The notes beneath the pieces are model-generated. The model saw only the letters and a program-made list of their open reading frames with translations, did not search any database and was not told the DNA's origin. A stretch of DNA of 64,000 nt, taken from positions 1,796,011 to 1,860,010 of the forward strand of contig MU054117.1 in the NCBI GenBank assembly GCA_013239625.1. Direction: 5' to 3'. This document shows positions 12,731-25,779 of the stretch, piece by piece. The position numbers were made by a program, and so were the translations under genes. Each line of letters begins with the position of its first letter. Position 1 is the stretch's first letter. The DNA is from Lama guanicoe. Its lineage: Eukaryota.

Positions 12731-13769
12731 CCCACTTTCTGCTCCCTCCTGAAGAAACCCTGAGGTCTCCGGGCAACGGCACACGACACGCTTAGGGAAA
12801 GAGCAACCACCTCTACCAATCTCGCAGGAGGGACTGGGGGTGTGGTTCAACCCACTTAATTCTGCGAGGAGTCCCAAAGGCCCAGCGAGGAATCTGCGGC
12901 GCAGAGAAGTCAACGCAGAGTCACGTGGCAAGTAGCAGGGCCAAGGTTCACAACCACGGCTGTCTGCTCCAGGCGCGTGCCCCTCAGCACCTCCGGGACT
13001 GTAACGTCACTGGCCTTAGTGAGGAAAACTTGGCAAAACCCTTGTCCCCAGATCTTCAGTCAGTTTAGAATGCTGAGCCAGAGCGAGGTCGGAGGAACTG
13101 AAGTGCAACTGGGTTGTCTACGGCTGTCCTTTTCAGCTCCTCCTGGCACTGGGGAGAGGCTGTCTTGCAGCCTGAAGGCTGTAAATGCCTATCTGGTCTC
13201 GGGCCGCTCGGCGTCCAGTCTGGCCTCCCTCCAACCCATTCTCCTCACAGGAGTCACAGAGAACACGTTCCTGCTTTTATCAGTTGTTCGCAGCCGCCCT
13301 CGGGATTATATCCAAACCCAGTGTGGCCAGGGCCTTCCCAACCCTTAGCAGGCCCCAGGCTTGGGAGGTCCTACCCCATTTTTTTTCCCCCAAATGTACT
13401 AAGATACACCCAGATCATTCACTGCATATGAACTTTTCATGTAAAAAACGTGAAAGGATTTTTAACAATTTGAACATGGAGGTGATTCATTTAAATATTC
13501 AATTTTCATACGTAGGGGCCAATATATTTTTTTCAAGCCTCAAATATTTGGGGCCTTTGGAAAGCTCTTATGCACCAGGCACATGGTGCTTACGGATGAG
13601 ACGGCCCACCGTGTAGGCGGTCCTCTGTGCAGACAGCCCCAGTCCACGTCCCCTGCCTGCTGGGCTGTTGGAACTACTGTCTCCTCCTTCTAGAATTTTG
13701 TTTCTCCTTCTGCAGCTCTAAGTGCTCACACCACTCTCCCCTCCCTCGCATCAGTGCCCTGCAGTTTAT

Positions 13770-14075
13770 TCATCTTGACCTAAGTTCACAGACACTTAAC
13801 CTCTTCGTTTCTTTGTATGTAAAGTAGGAATAATAGTGATATCTACTTCAGAGGGTTTTTAAGAAGATAAGCTAATACACAGTGTATGATTCATGAACCA
13901 TCACCTGCAAGCTTGTTAGAAAATGTAGAATCTCAGGCCCCACCCCAGATGTGTTGAGTCAGAATTAACAAGTTCCCATGTGATCCAAACGCACATTTAC
14001 ATTTCAGGGGCGCTGTGCTAAAGCTCTTACGGCCATGCTGTTACCTAAAACACGTGCAATAAATGACAGACATTT
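13770..14075 (+). mobile_element. MIR interrupted by a MER5-family transposon (about 13880-14016)
   Basis: MIR core (GTAAAGTAGGAATAATAGTGATATCTACTTCAGAGGG), then TCACCTGCAAGCTTGTTAGAAAATGTAGAATCTCAGGCCCCACCCCAGA, then a MIR-like tail (GTGCAATAAATG). Confidence 0.65.
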
Positions 14076-14168
14076 TGGTTACTGTCATAATCATCACTGA
14101 AGGTCATTAAGTCTTATTATTAAAGATCAAAGTTTTATAGTTGTCTCGTTTCTCCTCTTGACTTACTT

Positions 14169-14296
14169 AAAAAAATTTTTTTTTAGTTTCTTTTTTTGTG
14201 GGGGAGGGAGGTAATCAGGTTTATTTACTTATTTATATATTTTTTAGAGGAGGTAATTGGGGAATCCAGGACCTCGTGAATATACTCTCCCCACCC
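14169..14296 (-). mobile_element. Camelid-type tRNA-derived SINE (Vic-1-like), internally deleted, with 15-bp TSD
   Basis: T-rich tail, GGAGGTAATCAGGTTTATTTA...GAGGAGGTAATTGGGGAATCCAGGACCTCGTG; flanked by CCTCTTGACTTACTT at 14154-14168 and 14297-14311. Confidence 0.85.
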
Positions 14297-14939
14297 CCTC
14301 TTGACTTACTTTTAACTTCCAAACTCTAGTTCAGTGGTTTTCCATTGGAGTTCCTAGGGAATGCTGGCATCCAGGGAGCTGGACCACAGCATTCCAGCTC
14401 AATGCCCAGGCTACTGTCAAGACGCCTTTTCTGCACTCAGGTAGCTTCCCTCTATCTGCAAAGGGAGAGAAGAAAAGGGGCGATTGCAGTAGGTGGTGTG
14501 ATAAGGTCTACCAATAAAAGGATGTAGAGGTGCTAAGGAGGCAGCTGACCCAGGCTTCTGGGGTCAAGGAAAGTGCTTGCTAATTTACGAGTTGAAAGAT
14601 GAGCTGGTCACTCAAAGTTCCCCCTCAAAAGTGGCAACGTGGTTCCAATTTTAAACAGTGAATTGACTGCTCCTGCAGTGTGAGAGGACCTGGCTGGGCC
14701 CTCAACTCTGCTCTCGGGAGCAATGATGTCCCAAGTAGACTTAAATCTATGGTCCTTGCTGTCTGCTCCCCACGGCAAACAAGGGGGCCATGGGGGTTTG
14801 AGTCTGAACCCTACTTGGTGTCCTGGTGTGAACCCCGTCACTTAGAGAAAGCTTAAAACTGTTACTCTGGGCACCTTGGTTCCTCGTTTGCAGGCCGTGA
14901 ACATACGTCCCTACAGCGTTCTTGTGAGGATCAAGTCAG

Positions 14940-15850
14940 AGGCCGGAGGTCAAGTCCCAGGCACACAGCAGCGCAGACCAAGGGGTCCCCAGTTCTGGGC
15001 CGTGCAGCCGCACCTGGGCCCGCGGGCTGGACCTCTGAAGCGGCACACATTTCTTCCAGCACGTACTCGCGAAGCCCGCCCCCAGCGCGGGCTGCGGGGC
15101 TGGGGGGCTGCGACGCGCTGCAACTGCCCGTCGGAGGGCAGACAGGGTGGTCGCTGGGGTCGGCCGGGGTCGCTGGTTCTGGAGGGAGGAGAAGGCGCGC
15201 TGCTTCCCGGGCCGGGGCAGCCTCTGGGGGACGTTCTGAAGGCTCCAGAACAGACTCGGCCCAAGGCGGCCGCTGGAAGAGGCTCCCGTGGAGACGAGAA
15301 CGTTCTTCACGCCGAAGTGTCGGCGAAAGCCGGCCTTTCCCTCCCCACGCGCCGTGAGAGGCCGGCGGGCGCCGGCCCAACACACCGCGCGCCGCGCTGC
15401 CGCCGATTGGCTGCGAGGAGGCCCCGCCACCGCCGATTGGCTGCGAGGAGGCCCCGCCACTGCCGATTGGCTGCGAGGAGGCCCCGCCACCGCCGATTGG
15501 CTGCGAGGAGTCCCGCCGGACCACTCCGGCGGGTCGGGACAGCGAAAGCGAGGTCAGCTGACTCGGCCCGAGCGCGCGGAGAGGAAGCCGCGGGCCGGGG
15601 CTGGGCAGGCGGTGGGCTTGGCCTTGAGCTTTTGTTACGTGGCTTTATCGCTTCCTTCCGCCTCCAAAGGCCGAGGCCCGTTCTGCCCCTTGTAGCGCCG
15701 AACACCCCTTCCTCACCCGGGGGCTCGGCCGAGGGCAGAGGGGCGGAGCGGGCGCAGACCGTGGGCGGAGCCGCCCGAGTCCTTGGCTTCCTGCTGACTT
15801 TCCCCGGGCTTCCCTGGCGTGGCTATGGCCACAGACACCGCTCTTCGAGC
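14940..15850. promoter_or_regulatory. CpG island promoter (target transcript not identified)
   Basis: Dense CpG, four CCAAT boxes, GC boxes (GGGGCGGAGC near 15740, GGGCGGAG near 15763), ETS-like CTTCC motifs. Confidence 0.85.
15400..15510 (-). repeat. 30-bp minisatellite, about 3.7 copies, each with a CCAAT box and GC-box-like motif
   Basis: Unit CGCCGATTGGCTGCGAGGAGGCCCCGCCAC starts at 15401, 15431, 15461 (C>T) and 15491 (partial). Confidence 0.97.
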
Positions 15851-17171
15851 CCTTCCTGTGCATCAGGCAGGCTTTGTGCATGGTTTGTTTTCCTGCTGTT
15901 TCAGGGCCACGCCGTGAGCATCACCAGCCCCCACTTAACAGATGAGAAAACATGCAGTTCGGGGAACTCAGTTTGCTGAATGTCCAGCTAGGGAGCGGTC
16001 CAGCTGGGATTGGCAGCAGACTGCTCCTGCTGTCTGACTCCCACGCTGTGCTCTCCTCCCCCTGCAGTGCCCTCCGGGTGAGGCAGCGCCGGGACCACGC
16101 CAGATTCTACCCTGGAGCCACGTTGTCTCCAAAGATATTTGGGGGGCCAGGCCAGGAAATAACCCCAGCTCTAGGGCATTATTAGAAAAGATTTTTCCCT
16201 AGAGCCTGTTTATTTAGCACAGGGATGTAATCAAAGCTAGTGATCTGGAATTCCTTCCTGGCTTCTCCAGGAAGCATCCTGACTTGGGGCACATTCCTCG
16301 ACTCATCCTTGAGCCCCTTCCCCACTCCTTGACCTTAACAGAGAATGAAGGAGGCACTGCATTTCTCCGCAGCCTCTCCAATCGGAACTCACCTGCGAAT
16401 CAGACATAAACATTATGAGTCTGAGAAAGGGAAAGTGAGACATAGGGAGCTTCAGTGCCATCAGCCTCCCGTGCTCAGAGGGCTTGCGAAGGACAACAGT
16501 CTCCCAGGTCCTATCCTGCGTGTCCCCACCGAACAGACACAGCTCACATCCCCGGAGAAACCTCTGCTTGGTGAGAGGGTAGGACTGTTTGAGAAAGTCT
16601 AAGTGGCAGGTTTGTAAAGTAGAGACATCCTAAGTGGAAGCCAGGGTTTTTGTTCTGATGAGACATCAGTAAGGCAGTGGCTGGTTTTTATTATTTAAAA
16701 ATAGTACAAGCAAACTGCCAAGTAACTCCACCTGTAAACAGTTACATACGAGAAAAGCCAGAAAATCACCTGGAGAACTCGTATCTTCAGGTCTCTAGAC
16801 AAAGGGTATGCAAACAACTCACAAAGGTGTCTCCTACCCCATCTCCCACCTACCGCGCCCATTCATCCAGTACTGAAGTTAGGAGCTGTCTGCAGCATGG
16901 CGCCTCGGAGGGGGTGGGGTGGGAATGGTTCTCCTTTTCCATACAAGTAAACAATATGAACACAACATTTAAAAATTAAAAAAATACAGAGAAATGGAGA
17001 GGAGTAGAGGTTACCAGGCACCTGAGATGAATTGATGGCTGTAGTTAAAGGCCCTGAAGCCATGGAGGGGGAGGTCTGAGCAGCCCACAGTGATGTTCCT
17101 CCAGGTGTACTGTGTTAAAAACAACAACAAAAAAAACTGCACTTTCACTTTTCTCAGGCCAGAACCCTTTT

Positions 17172-17255
17172 TAAAGCCTCAGTCTCCACATTTGTAAAAT
17201 AAAGACTTTGGTTAAGATGGTTCCTAAGCTGCCCTCCGGAGTTTGGAGCCTCCTG
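17172..17255 (+). mobile_element. MIR3-like fragment
   Basis: GCCTCAGTCTCCACATTTGTAAAAT...AAGATGGTTCCTAAG...TGATTCT. Confidence 0.55.
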
Positions 17256-18054
17256 ATTCTGCCTAGCCTGGGTATTTTCATTAAACGATGCTCAAGTCCG
17301 CCGTCTCAACAACGTGTTAATCGTCTGACCAACTGCTCAGCTTCCCTGCTTTATGAGGTCATCACCACCAGTTCCAAGTGCATTTGGCTGCCAGAGAGCA
17401 AGCATTCCATGTATGAACTGGGGGTACATGTTGTGATGATAGGGCTGGCAAATTTGAGGCGTGCTAGACAGCACTAAACACACTGCAGTCCTCAACACAC
17501 TTTTTATTGGAGGCTTGGGCCTGGGGCAAAGCCTCCTGCCTCACTTTTACATAGCGTTGGTCTTCATGCCTCCGGGCTTGGAGGAGCCAAGAATCAGAGT
17601 CCTAGAAATCTGACGCCTGCCTACGATCCTCAGAAAGTTATCAGGTCTACCCACCCCCCACCTGCCATCAGGTGGGGGTCTCTGTGCCTGGACCATCATC
17701 AGCCTTGTCTGTCAAGCTCACGTTCTACTCGGTAGGATCCACAGCCGGGGCTAAAACTGTCCTCAGGTGGAAAGTCTGCCGCAGAATCTATGTATATCAC
17801 ATGACTAAACACAGTCGTGGCGAATGTCATGATCTCTCGGTAACAACCCGCACATAGTTTCCGGAAGGCATCAGTAGCTCCTTATAGGTACCACAAACCT
17901 TCCAATCTACAGATAAAGCCATAGGTGAGGGAGGGAAACAGGATTCTTTTTTCTTTTCAGTTAATTGTCTCACAGGGTTCTGAGTGCCATCACAGAGGCA
18001 TACGATGGAGAAGGAAGGAAAGGGTGGGGAGGGGCACATTGTGGGACACCTCCC

Positions 18055-18270
18055 GCATAGCGGTGAAGCATCCAGGCTCTGGAGCTCGGCTGCTTGGGCT
18101 TGAATCCTGGGTCTTCCATTTCCATGCTGTGCTAACTGGCACATTACTGAACCTCTCTGTGCCTCAGTTTCTTATAGGACTCTTCTGAGAGTGCAATGAA
18201 CTAATTCATGTGAAGCACTAAGAACAATGGATGCCCATGTAAGGGCCGTATGAGTCTGATTATTATTGTG
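18055..18270 (+). mobile_element. MIR SINE, near full length
   Basis: CAGGCTCTGGAGC...TGAATCCTGG...AACCTCTCTGTGCCTCAGTTTC...TGTGAAGCACTAAGAACA...TATTATT. Confidence 0.8.
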
Positions 18271-19954
18271 GCAAGTCCTCTGCTGACTGCCTTACACATA
18301 TTATTTACTTAACACTAACAACAAGTCCTTTTGGAAAGGAAAATACAGGAAATCACCGAGTTCTCCACGAGTTATAACAATGTCTGTGACTGGGGGTCTA
18401 CCCCAGATATTCTGACAAAGCCCTTGTTTCTTCTGTTAGTCCTTTCTGCATACAGGGGTTCATACTCTGCCTGATTGCTTTTTTTTTTTGACACAGTAAT
18501 ATGAACTGGAAATCTCTCCATGTCAGAATATGCGGACACATCTCATGCTTTTTTAACCACTGCCCAGTATTACATAATAAGGACATACAATAGACTATTT
18601 ACATGTCTCCATGTATTTATGGTGCACCCACTGTTTATTGTGTCCAACAGGATGTGGGGCAAAGCAGCACAGAATATGTTCCCCAAGGAGCTTGTAATTT
18701 TGTGGAGGGATTCAGGGCTTAGATGAAACAATCAGAGACCAAGACAAGAAGATATGTAATAAAATATTCAGTGGAATTTAAAACTAAGTGCCGATGCTAC
18801 TGATTTAATAGGAATAACAGATTGTATATAGCGGTGGAGCCCAGGGCCTGCCTCCTGGAAGGCCTGGCTGGGATAGAGAGGAAATTTACCCGTAAGTTCT
18901 TCCCGCCTCACTGAAAAATTACTCAAGACAAGAAGGACAAGTCTGCGCTCCCTTGACAAGCTGCAACACAGCAGCACTGGTGCCCCAGCAGGAGGAGGAA
19001 TGCAGCTGGCCTGGCTGTCTCCTGCAGCCTGGGAGGCATGGAGGCAGCGCCCCCTTCTCACCTCCATCTTCCCAGAGGGGCCTAGCTGCTCGGCCTGAAT
19101 CCCAGGCGGTGCAGATCCCTCAAGGCCCAGCAACTCTGTTCCAGGAGCCAGAGTGAGAGCTGAGAACTCCCTTTTCTGAGGTCCTCAGCCCTTTGGCCCT
19201 GCTTCCTTGGGAAGAAGTCACTGGGCTGTGAGGGCGCTTGCCCCGTCGGCCCAGCTGGGGACACTCCGTGGGGAGGCTCTCACAAGCTTCTGCCAAGGCC
19301 GTACTCCTTTGACCCCACCCCTGCGCGTGAATCACGACCTAAATCAGCAACACCTGGCTGCCTCCGCGAATTAGCTGGTGTCAAAGCCCACACTTGACAT
19401 TCCTTCTGGAAGGCCCCTCCCAGTGGCACATGAATACCTCAGCTGGGGTAAATCTGCCTCAGCCTCGACCACTTACGCTCCCGCACGTGCCTCAGTGTTG
19501 GCACAGTCGACAGTCGACGCACAGAAGAACGTAGACTAGGCTCTTACTATGCCTCAGCTCTGCACGAGGCATGGGGGTGGCGATGCTGGGGAGGGTGGGT
19601 CTAAGAAAAGTGAGACACGGCCCTGCCTGAGGGGCTTAAGACCTTGATACGCACAGGAAGGCCACACGGCAGGGCCTCCAGTGGTGGAGGCAGGTGGCGT
19701 GGACGATACGTGCTGAGAGAGCCCAGAAGCAGCGGGAAGGGAGCGGAGGGCCCAGTAAGGAGCATCCATTCCCACCCCCAAAGAATGCACGTCAGCCCCA
19801 CCGGGGAGTGAGTTCGTTAAGACAGGATGACCTAGTGTAGTAAACAGACCCCACATTCCCCTCACGGATTCACAGAAAGTCAGTGTCTCCCTGGGCATTG
19901 GAGTGGCCCCATTTTCCCCTCTAACTTCTAACTTTCCAGTACAGAAAAGTGGAA

Positions 19955-20540
19955 AAGACTTTGTACAATGAACGTCCTTAAACTCTTCACCTACGTTCAT
20001 CAGTGTTGCCATATTTAGTCTCTTTCTATAGACATACATTTCCCCCTTCACACGAAATTCCGCTGCAGATACCATCCCTGAGTACTTCAGCATAGATGCT
20101 CTGAAAAAAGTATTTTCCCAAAGAACCCAGTATCACGGGCACCCTGAAGACATTGAACACTGACACACAACTCATGTTCACTTTCCCCGACTGCCCGCAC
20201 CGTGGCCTCTGTAGCTTTAATCTTTTTTGTTTCATTTATTTGTGAATTGAAGTACAGTCAGTTACAATGTGTCAATTTCTGGTGTACAGCATAATGTCCC
20301 AGTCATGCATGTATATACATATATTCGTCTCTTTGTTTTAAATTAAAATATAATCAAGGATTAGTCATGGCATTTGGGTGTCCTGTCTCTCAAGCCTCTT
20401 TTAATCTGGAACAGGACCCTACTCCCCTTTTTCCTTTTTCATCGTCTTGACAGTTTTGAAGAGTGCAGATAGTCATTCTGAGAATGACCCACAATTTGGA
20501 TTTGTCTGATTGTTTCCTCATGACTGAATTTGGTTCTATT
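19955..20540 (-). mobile_element. Old L1MC-like 3' fragment containing a younger L1 3' end (about 20222-20328)
   Basis: GAATGACCCACAATTTGGATTTGTCTGATTGTTTCCTCATGA; insert TTGAAGTACAGTCAGTTACAATGTGTCAATTTCTGGTGTACAGCATA resembles an antisense L1 3' terminus. Confidence 0.6.
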
Positions 20541-21875
20541 TCTTTTTCTTAAAACTTTGGTGGTAAAGTATCTGTACTACAAAACTCACCATTTTTTTTA
20601 ACCATACCTAAGTGTCAATCCAGTGGCATGAAGTACGTTCATAATATGGTACAACCATCACCACTATCTATTTCCAGGATGTTTTCATCATCTCGAACAG
20701 AAATTCCACACCCGCTGAACAATCGCCTCCCGCTTCCCACACCCACAGCTCCTGACATCCACTAGTCTACTTCCTGCCTCTGTGAATTTGCTTGTTTTAG
20801 GTACCTCATTTAAGGAAAATCGTACAGTACCTGTCCTTTGTGACTGGCATTTCACTGGGCATAATGTTTTCAAGGTTCATCCCTGTTGTAGCATGGGTCA
20901 GGATTTCCTTCCTTTTTTAAGGCTGAATAATATTCCATTGTATGGATGGACTGCACTTTATCTGTTCATCTGTCACCAGATAACTTGGGTTGTCTCCACC
21001 TTTGGGCTGTGGTGAATACTGTTGCTGTGAACACTGGGTTACAAGTACCTGAGTCCCTGTTTTCATTTCTTCGGAGTGTACACCTGGCAGTGGGATTGCT
21101 GGACCATATGGTAACTCTGTTTAACTTTCTGAGGAACTGCTGGACTCTTTCACAGCAGCTGCATCATTTTATATTCTGACCAGCTTCTGATTCTCAGGGG
21201 GCTTCCAATTTTTCCAGTCATCCTAATGGGAAAGAGGTGGTATCCCATTGTGGGTTTGATTTGTATTTCCTTAATGACTGATCACGTTGAGTATCTTTTT
21301 ATGTGCTTATTGGCCATTTGTACATCTTCTTTGGAGAAGTATCTGTTGAAGTTGTTTGTCCACTTTTGAATCACGTTCTCTGTGTTTTGTTTTGCTTGTT
21401 TGTCTTCCTTTAAGGTGGAGGAGTTCTTTTCATATTCTAGGCATTAGTCCCTCATCAGAGGTAGAATTTTCTAGTATTTGCTCCCCTTCGGTGGGTTGTT
21501 CTTTCACTCTCTTCATAGTGTCCTTTCATGCAGAAAAGGTTTTAATTTTGATGAAGTCGAAATTACCTATTTTTCTTTTGTTTGTGCTTCTGTAGTCATA
21601 CCTTAGAAATCACTGTCACAAAGATTTTCCTCTCTGCTTTCTTCGTTGACTTTTATAGTTTTAGCTCTTCAGTTTAGGTCTTTGATCCATTCCGAGTTAA
21701 CTTTTGTATATGGTGTAAGATGAGGGTCCAGTTTCACTCCTTTGCATGTGGGGATATCCAGTTCTTCCAGTTTGTTGAAAAGACTGCCCTTTCCCCATTG
21801 ACTGGTCTTGGCACCTTTGTCAAAAATCAGTGATTTCCAGGCTCTCTATTCCATTGGTCTATGTGCCTGCTTTGT
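20541..21875 (-). mobile_element. LINE-1 (L1MB-like) 3' UTR and ORF2 C-terminal remnant
   Basis: Antisense L1 text: CAACCATCACCACTATCTATTTCCAG, TTCCTTTTTTAAGGCTGAATAATATTCCATTGTATGGA, TTATTGGCCATTTGTACATCTTCTTTGGAGAAGTATCT, TTTAGGTCTTTGATCCATT. Confidence 0.92.
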
Positions 21876-22855
21876 TCCATTTTAAGAAGTATATGGTTTC
21901 CTCCAACCTCCTCCTCCTACTTGTACCCACAAAAAACTCACATTCATGGTGGCCTGCAGTGTAGCTGGAGAGGCAGAGTATGCATGTGCATATATGTGTG
22001 TGACTTGATAAGTACTTGGAGATGGGAGACATGAAAACTGAAGTCGTTGGCAAAATCTCCAAAGATAAAGCCTTTGGGGGATTGGTAAAGGGAAAGAGTA
22101 CGTTAAGATTCAGGGTTGAAAGTGAAGACTCCTGGGTACTGAAACGCAAAGGCAGGGATGAGTGAGCTATCCGGGCACAGTGAGAAGGCCCGCAGGACCA
22201 GAGGAGCGGGCGTGTGTGGGAACGTGCTGGTGGAGAGCTGGGGTGGGGCTAAATGATGCAGGATTTCAAATAACCAGGCAAAGGAATGCGCACATGATTT
22301 ATTAGACAGTAGGTCACCCTTAAAGTTTCTTAAATGATAGGATTAACTTTTTTAATAGAAGATGGAGCACTGCTCAGGTAGGGTGGTCCAGGAGGGGACG
22401 GGGGAGGATAATGAGAGAGGAGGGACTGACCAGTTCTCATGGGACCTCCCTGGAAAGAAAAGTGGTAGGTCTTTGCCCCAAGTCGAGCACGAGGCTGCGG
22501 TGCACACACAACCCTCCTCATTGAAATCTGCTTTTAGAAGATGCACTGGATCTAAGATCCTGTGAGATCTTGCCCATAGTCAACCCAGCCCACTAACCTT
22601 TTGTGTTACTGGCATAAAATCTCCCCTCTCAGTTCTGGTTTGGTCTGGCGCTCTCCCCAGATTGCCTCATCGTGGTGCCATGGTTCCAGAGCTTCCAAGC
22701 TGCAGGCAAGGCTGTAGTTTTTGTTTCTTCATTTTTACAAAAGGTCAAGTTTCCTAAAGCTGTTAGTGGATCAGCTGGAATTGGTCTTGTGTCGAGAAGG
22801 TGCATGAAAACTGGGGGACACGAAACTTGACCTCCAGAACCTTCGCCCCGCTTCT

Positions 22856-22877
22856 CCCCCCCCCCCCCCCCCCCCCC
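22856..22877. repeat. Poly(C)22 homopolymer
   Basis: Direct reading. Confidence 0.95.
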
Positions 22878-25779
22878 TCCCCACGGGAGTTAATCCATCC
22901 TCCTCACCCCCACGCTGTCCCACCACAGCTGAAAACTACCTGTGACACACTCAGGGGTTCGAGCCACTCGGTCCCAGACAGGAGCGTTCAGCCTTGCCGG
23001 CTGACAAGAGAGGCTAAGCAGGAAGTGTCCTGCGGGCTGGAATCAGGGAGATGCAAGGACATCAGTGCACATTCCAGAGCCCAGTCTGGACGACGGCCCC
23101 TGAGGAACCATGAGGCTGACTTCCCCTGTGGTCAGAGGCTGGCTGCATTTTTTTTTACCCTCCCTTCTTTGCCTGAACACTCCCAACTCTGGAATTTCTT
23201 CAGATGGCTACCGTGTTTGGTTTTCAACCAGGACAAACAAAGAAAAGAGATTTGTTTTCCTGTCTGCTTTTGCTGAATGGAATCTCTGATTCTATTTACC
23301 GGTCATGCCTCAGACACCCTGGGGCTGCTGAGGACTTTAAACCCTGAGCACACACGACTCCGAGCTTCACTGAGTCCTTTTCCATGTCCCGAGCCTGGGA
23401 CAGACTTCATCTTCCTCTTGCCCACAACATCTCTTCAGTCTGTGGTGAGTCTGCTAATATTTCACCCGAACTTCCCCCAGCTTGAGCATCCTTACCAAAT
23501 ACGTTGGGCTTCCGCACAATGTAATTATCTTCAAATCTGCATGCCTTTCTGGTATAATTGTGAAGTGGTGAAAAAGTCTCCGCAAATTCTGAAGGGGGCA
23601 CAGCAGGCTCAGCCCCCTGCGGGGCGCTGCAGGAATCTGGGGTTCTCCCCTACTCACGCCGCACTGCCGCCCTCCAGGAGCTTCGGACAAAATTTCCTAG
23701 AAACCTTTGTGTTTGGGAGTTATACTTTTTTCACGTCCTTTTCCCGCTAATTGAAAATGGGGCTAGGGGGCAGGAAAAGGGGCTGTGAATCCGAATGATG
23801 AAAAACAGCACACACAATGTGACAGGAGTCTTTACGCTTCGCACTCCTGCTCCCAGGGGTCAGGAGGCAAAGGCAACTGTCAGGTAAGTAAATCTGCAGG
23901 CGCCCACGCACGTCCAGAACATTCCCCAAGGTCATTAGAGACTGGCCGGCGGGGGCGCGGGGGCCAGCCTTCCGTCTGGGGTTCTTTCAGAACTTTTGTC
24001 CCGAGAGCATCCTGTTCTGTTACAGACGTCCCCACTGCCGCCTCCAAATTGCCAGGCTGAGCCCAACGACACTCAGGGGCCTGGCCTTGGCTGAGGAACA
24101 GAACCTGAGCTGCAAGGCCCGGTCCCAGGCCTGAGACGGGAGCTGTCGCCGAGCCCTCCCCACAAGCCTGGCCTCCCTCCTTGTCCTCCAGACCCCGAGC
24201 TTCACCCCTTCCTCATGCAACACTCAAAGGCATTTTAAAATGTTTTCCAATGCACCCCTGATCCCTGCACGTGTTTGAGAGGAGCTCTTTCCCATCCAGA
24301 GCATCAGGCGTGAAGCTGATCCCCTTCGCTCTCCCCTCCTCACAGGCTGCCGCCGGCCCCCCGGGTCTCTGGGATGGGAGCCCCCGCGCCAGCGCACGCC
24401 CTGAGCAAGGCAAGGTCAGCGTTTCGCCATATGTAGAACCAGCTTCCTGCTTGCAGGGGTCAAGTGGCCCGCTCTGGCTATAATTATGCCTGGAGAGTCA
24501 CTCTCCTTCAGAAACTCTATTTTCACATGTTTACCATTTTTTTTTAAAGTGGAACAAAACATTGCGTCTCAGGCAGGTGGCCCCCAGTGCACTCGGTCTC
24601 CCGGGGAAGGAGCCGTCTGGTCAGATTTCACTCTGCTGCCTTGACGTTACCCGAGGTTGGGCACCGAGGGCGTCCTGTAGCGACAGTGGGGACTAAAGGG
24701 TCTTATTTCCTTCCCCTCGACGTGTGGACGGGCCGGGAAGATAGGATTCCTGGCCTGCGTTCCTACGTCTCCCTTTTCCTCCCCTGCTGCCCGCATGCAG
24801 GCTCCACACCATCGCTGTGCTGCCCCTTAGCTCACACTGCCTCCTTGCGAACCCGGTTCTCTCCCCGGGCCCAGGCAGGCGAACAGCTCAGTCTTAGGAG
24901 GGCTTCTGTGATGTAGGCCCACAGGGAAAAGACCCAGAAGCTTTGGCTACTTCACATAAATGCTTGCCAGGACCGGGGAGACCCAAACAGTGCCCGGAAC
25001 TGAGACTGTCCCGTCTCGAGGACAGACACCCATCCCCAGACTCCCCGGCCTCCAGCAGCCTCAGGGGTTCTCACCGTATCTGCCAAGTTAGAGCGACTAT
25101 TTGTCTGAGAACAGGGAACACTTCAGGCAAGAAAATTCCCATGCTCATGCAAGGCGGGCCGAGTCTCTGAAGTTTAGTGAACATCTTGCTCACGTGCCGT
25201 TGCTCACCCATCACTTCACCTATTTCCTTCCCATTCACTGATCCCCTGCTTCGTATAAGACGCCGCGAAGCACCAAGGACGCACACAAATCTGGTTTCCT
25301 GCCCTCCGTTTAATCAAGGAGACAGTCTGAGCGCTACACACACACAGCCACAGGGGGCCGTGTGGTAACGGAGGTCACAGGAGCCCCCCGCTGACTGCTC
25401 ACCCCGTCCCTCTGTGCTAACTCGTGTTTTAACAGACTTTATCTCACTGAGTCTTTACAACAAATCTGAACACAATTCTCCCCACCTCACACATGGTGGG
25501 CAGAGCTCTGAGAGGTTACCCTGTGGCAGAGCTACGATGCAAGCCGAGGTTTGTCGGACCTCGGAGTCTGCTGTTCCCTGGAGAGACCCTGGTACTCAGC
25601 ACCAGTGAAACCAGAGGCCAGGTGGCTTCCGGCCGCTGACCAGAGCAGCTTGGCGGGAAGGGCTCCTGCATAGTCTCCTCCAGATGAGTCTCCCCATGGC
25701 CGCCACCCAATCCTTCCTCTTCTTCTTTTTCTTTTCTTTTTTTTTAAACCTTTTCCCCCCAAGCTAGCTTCCACAGAAC

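Noticed and set aside
13327..13607. Possible hAT-Tip100 transposon (CAGGGCC...GGCCC ends)
   Set aside because: Too degraded to assign by eye; needs RepeatMasker.
15400..15510. CRISPR-like array, or ER-stress element
   Set aside because: The units are contiguous with no unique spacers and the context is eukaryotic. CCAAT-N9 is not followed by CCACG.
14876..15979. 367-aa ORF with RRLAARRPRH repeats, and overlapping minus-strand ORFs
   Set aside because: Stop-poor CpG island with several frames open on both strands. The peptide repeat is simply the 30-bp minisatellite, and the ORF does not start at an ATG.
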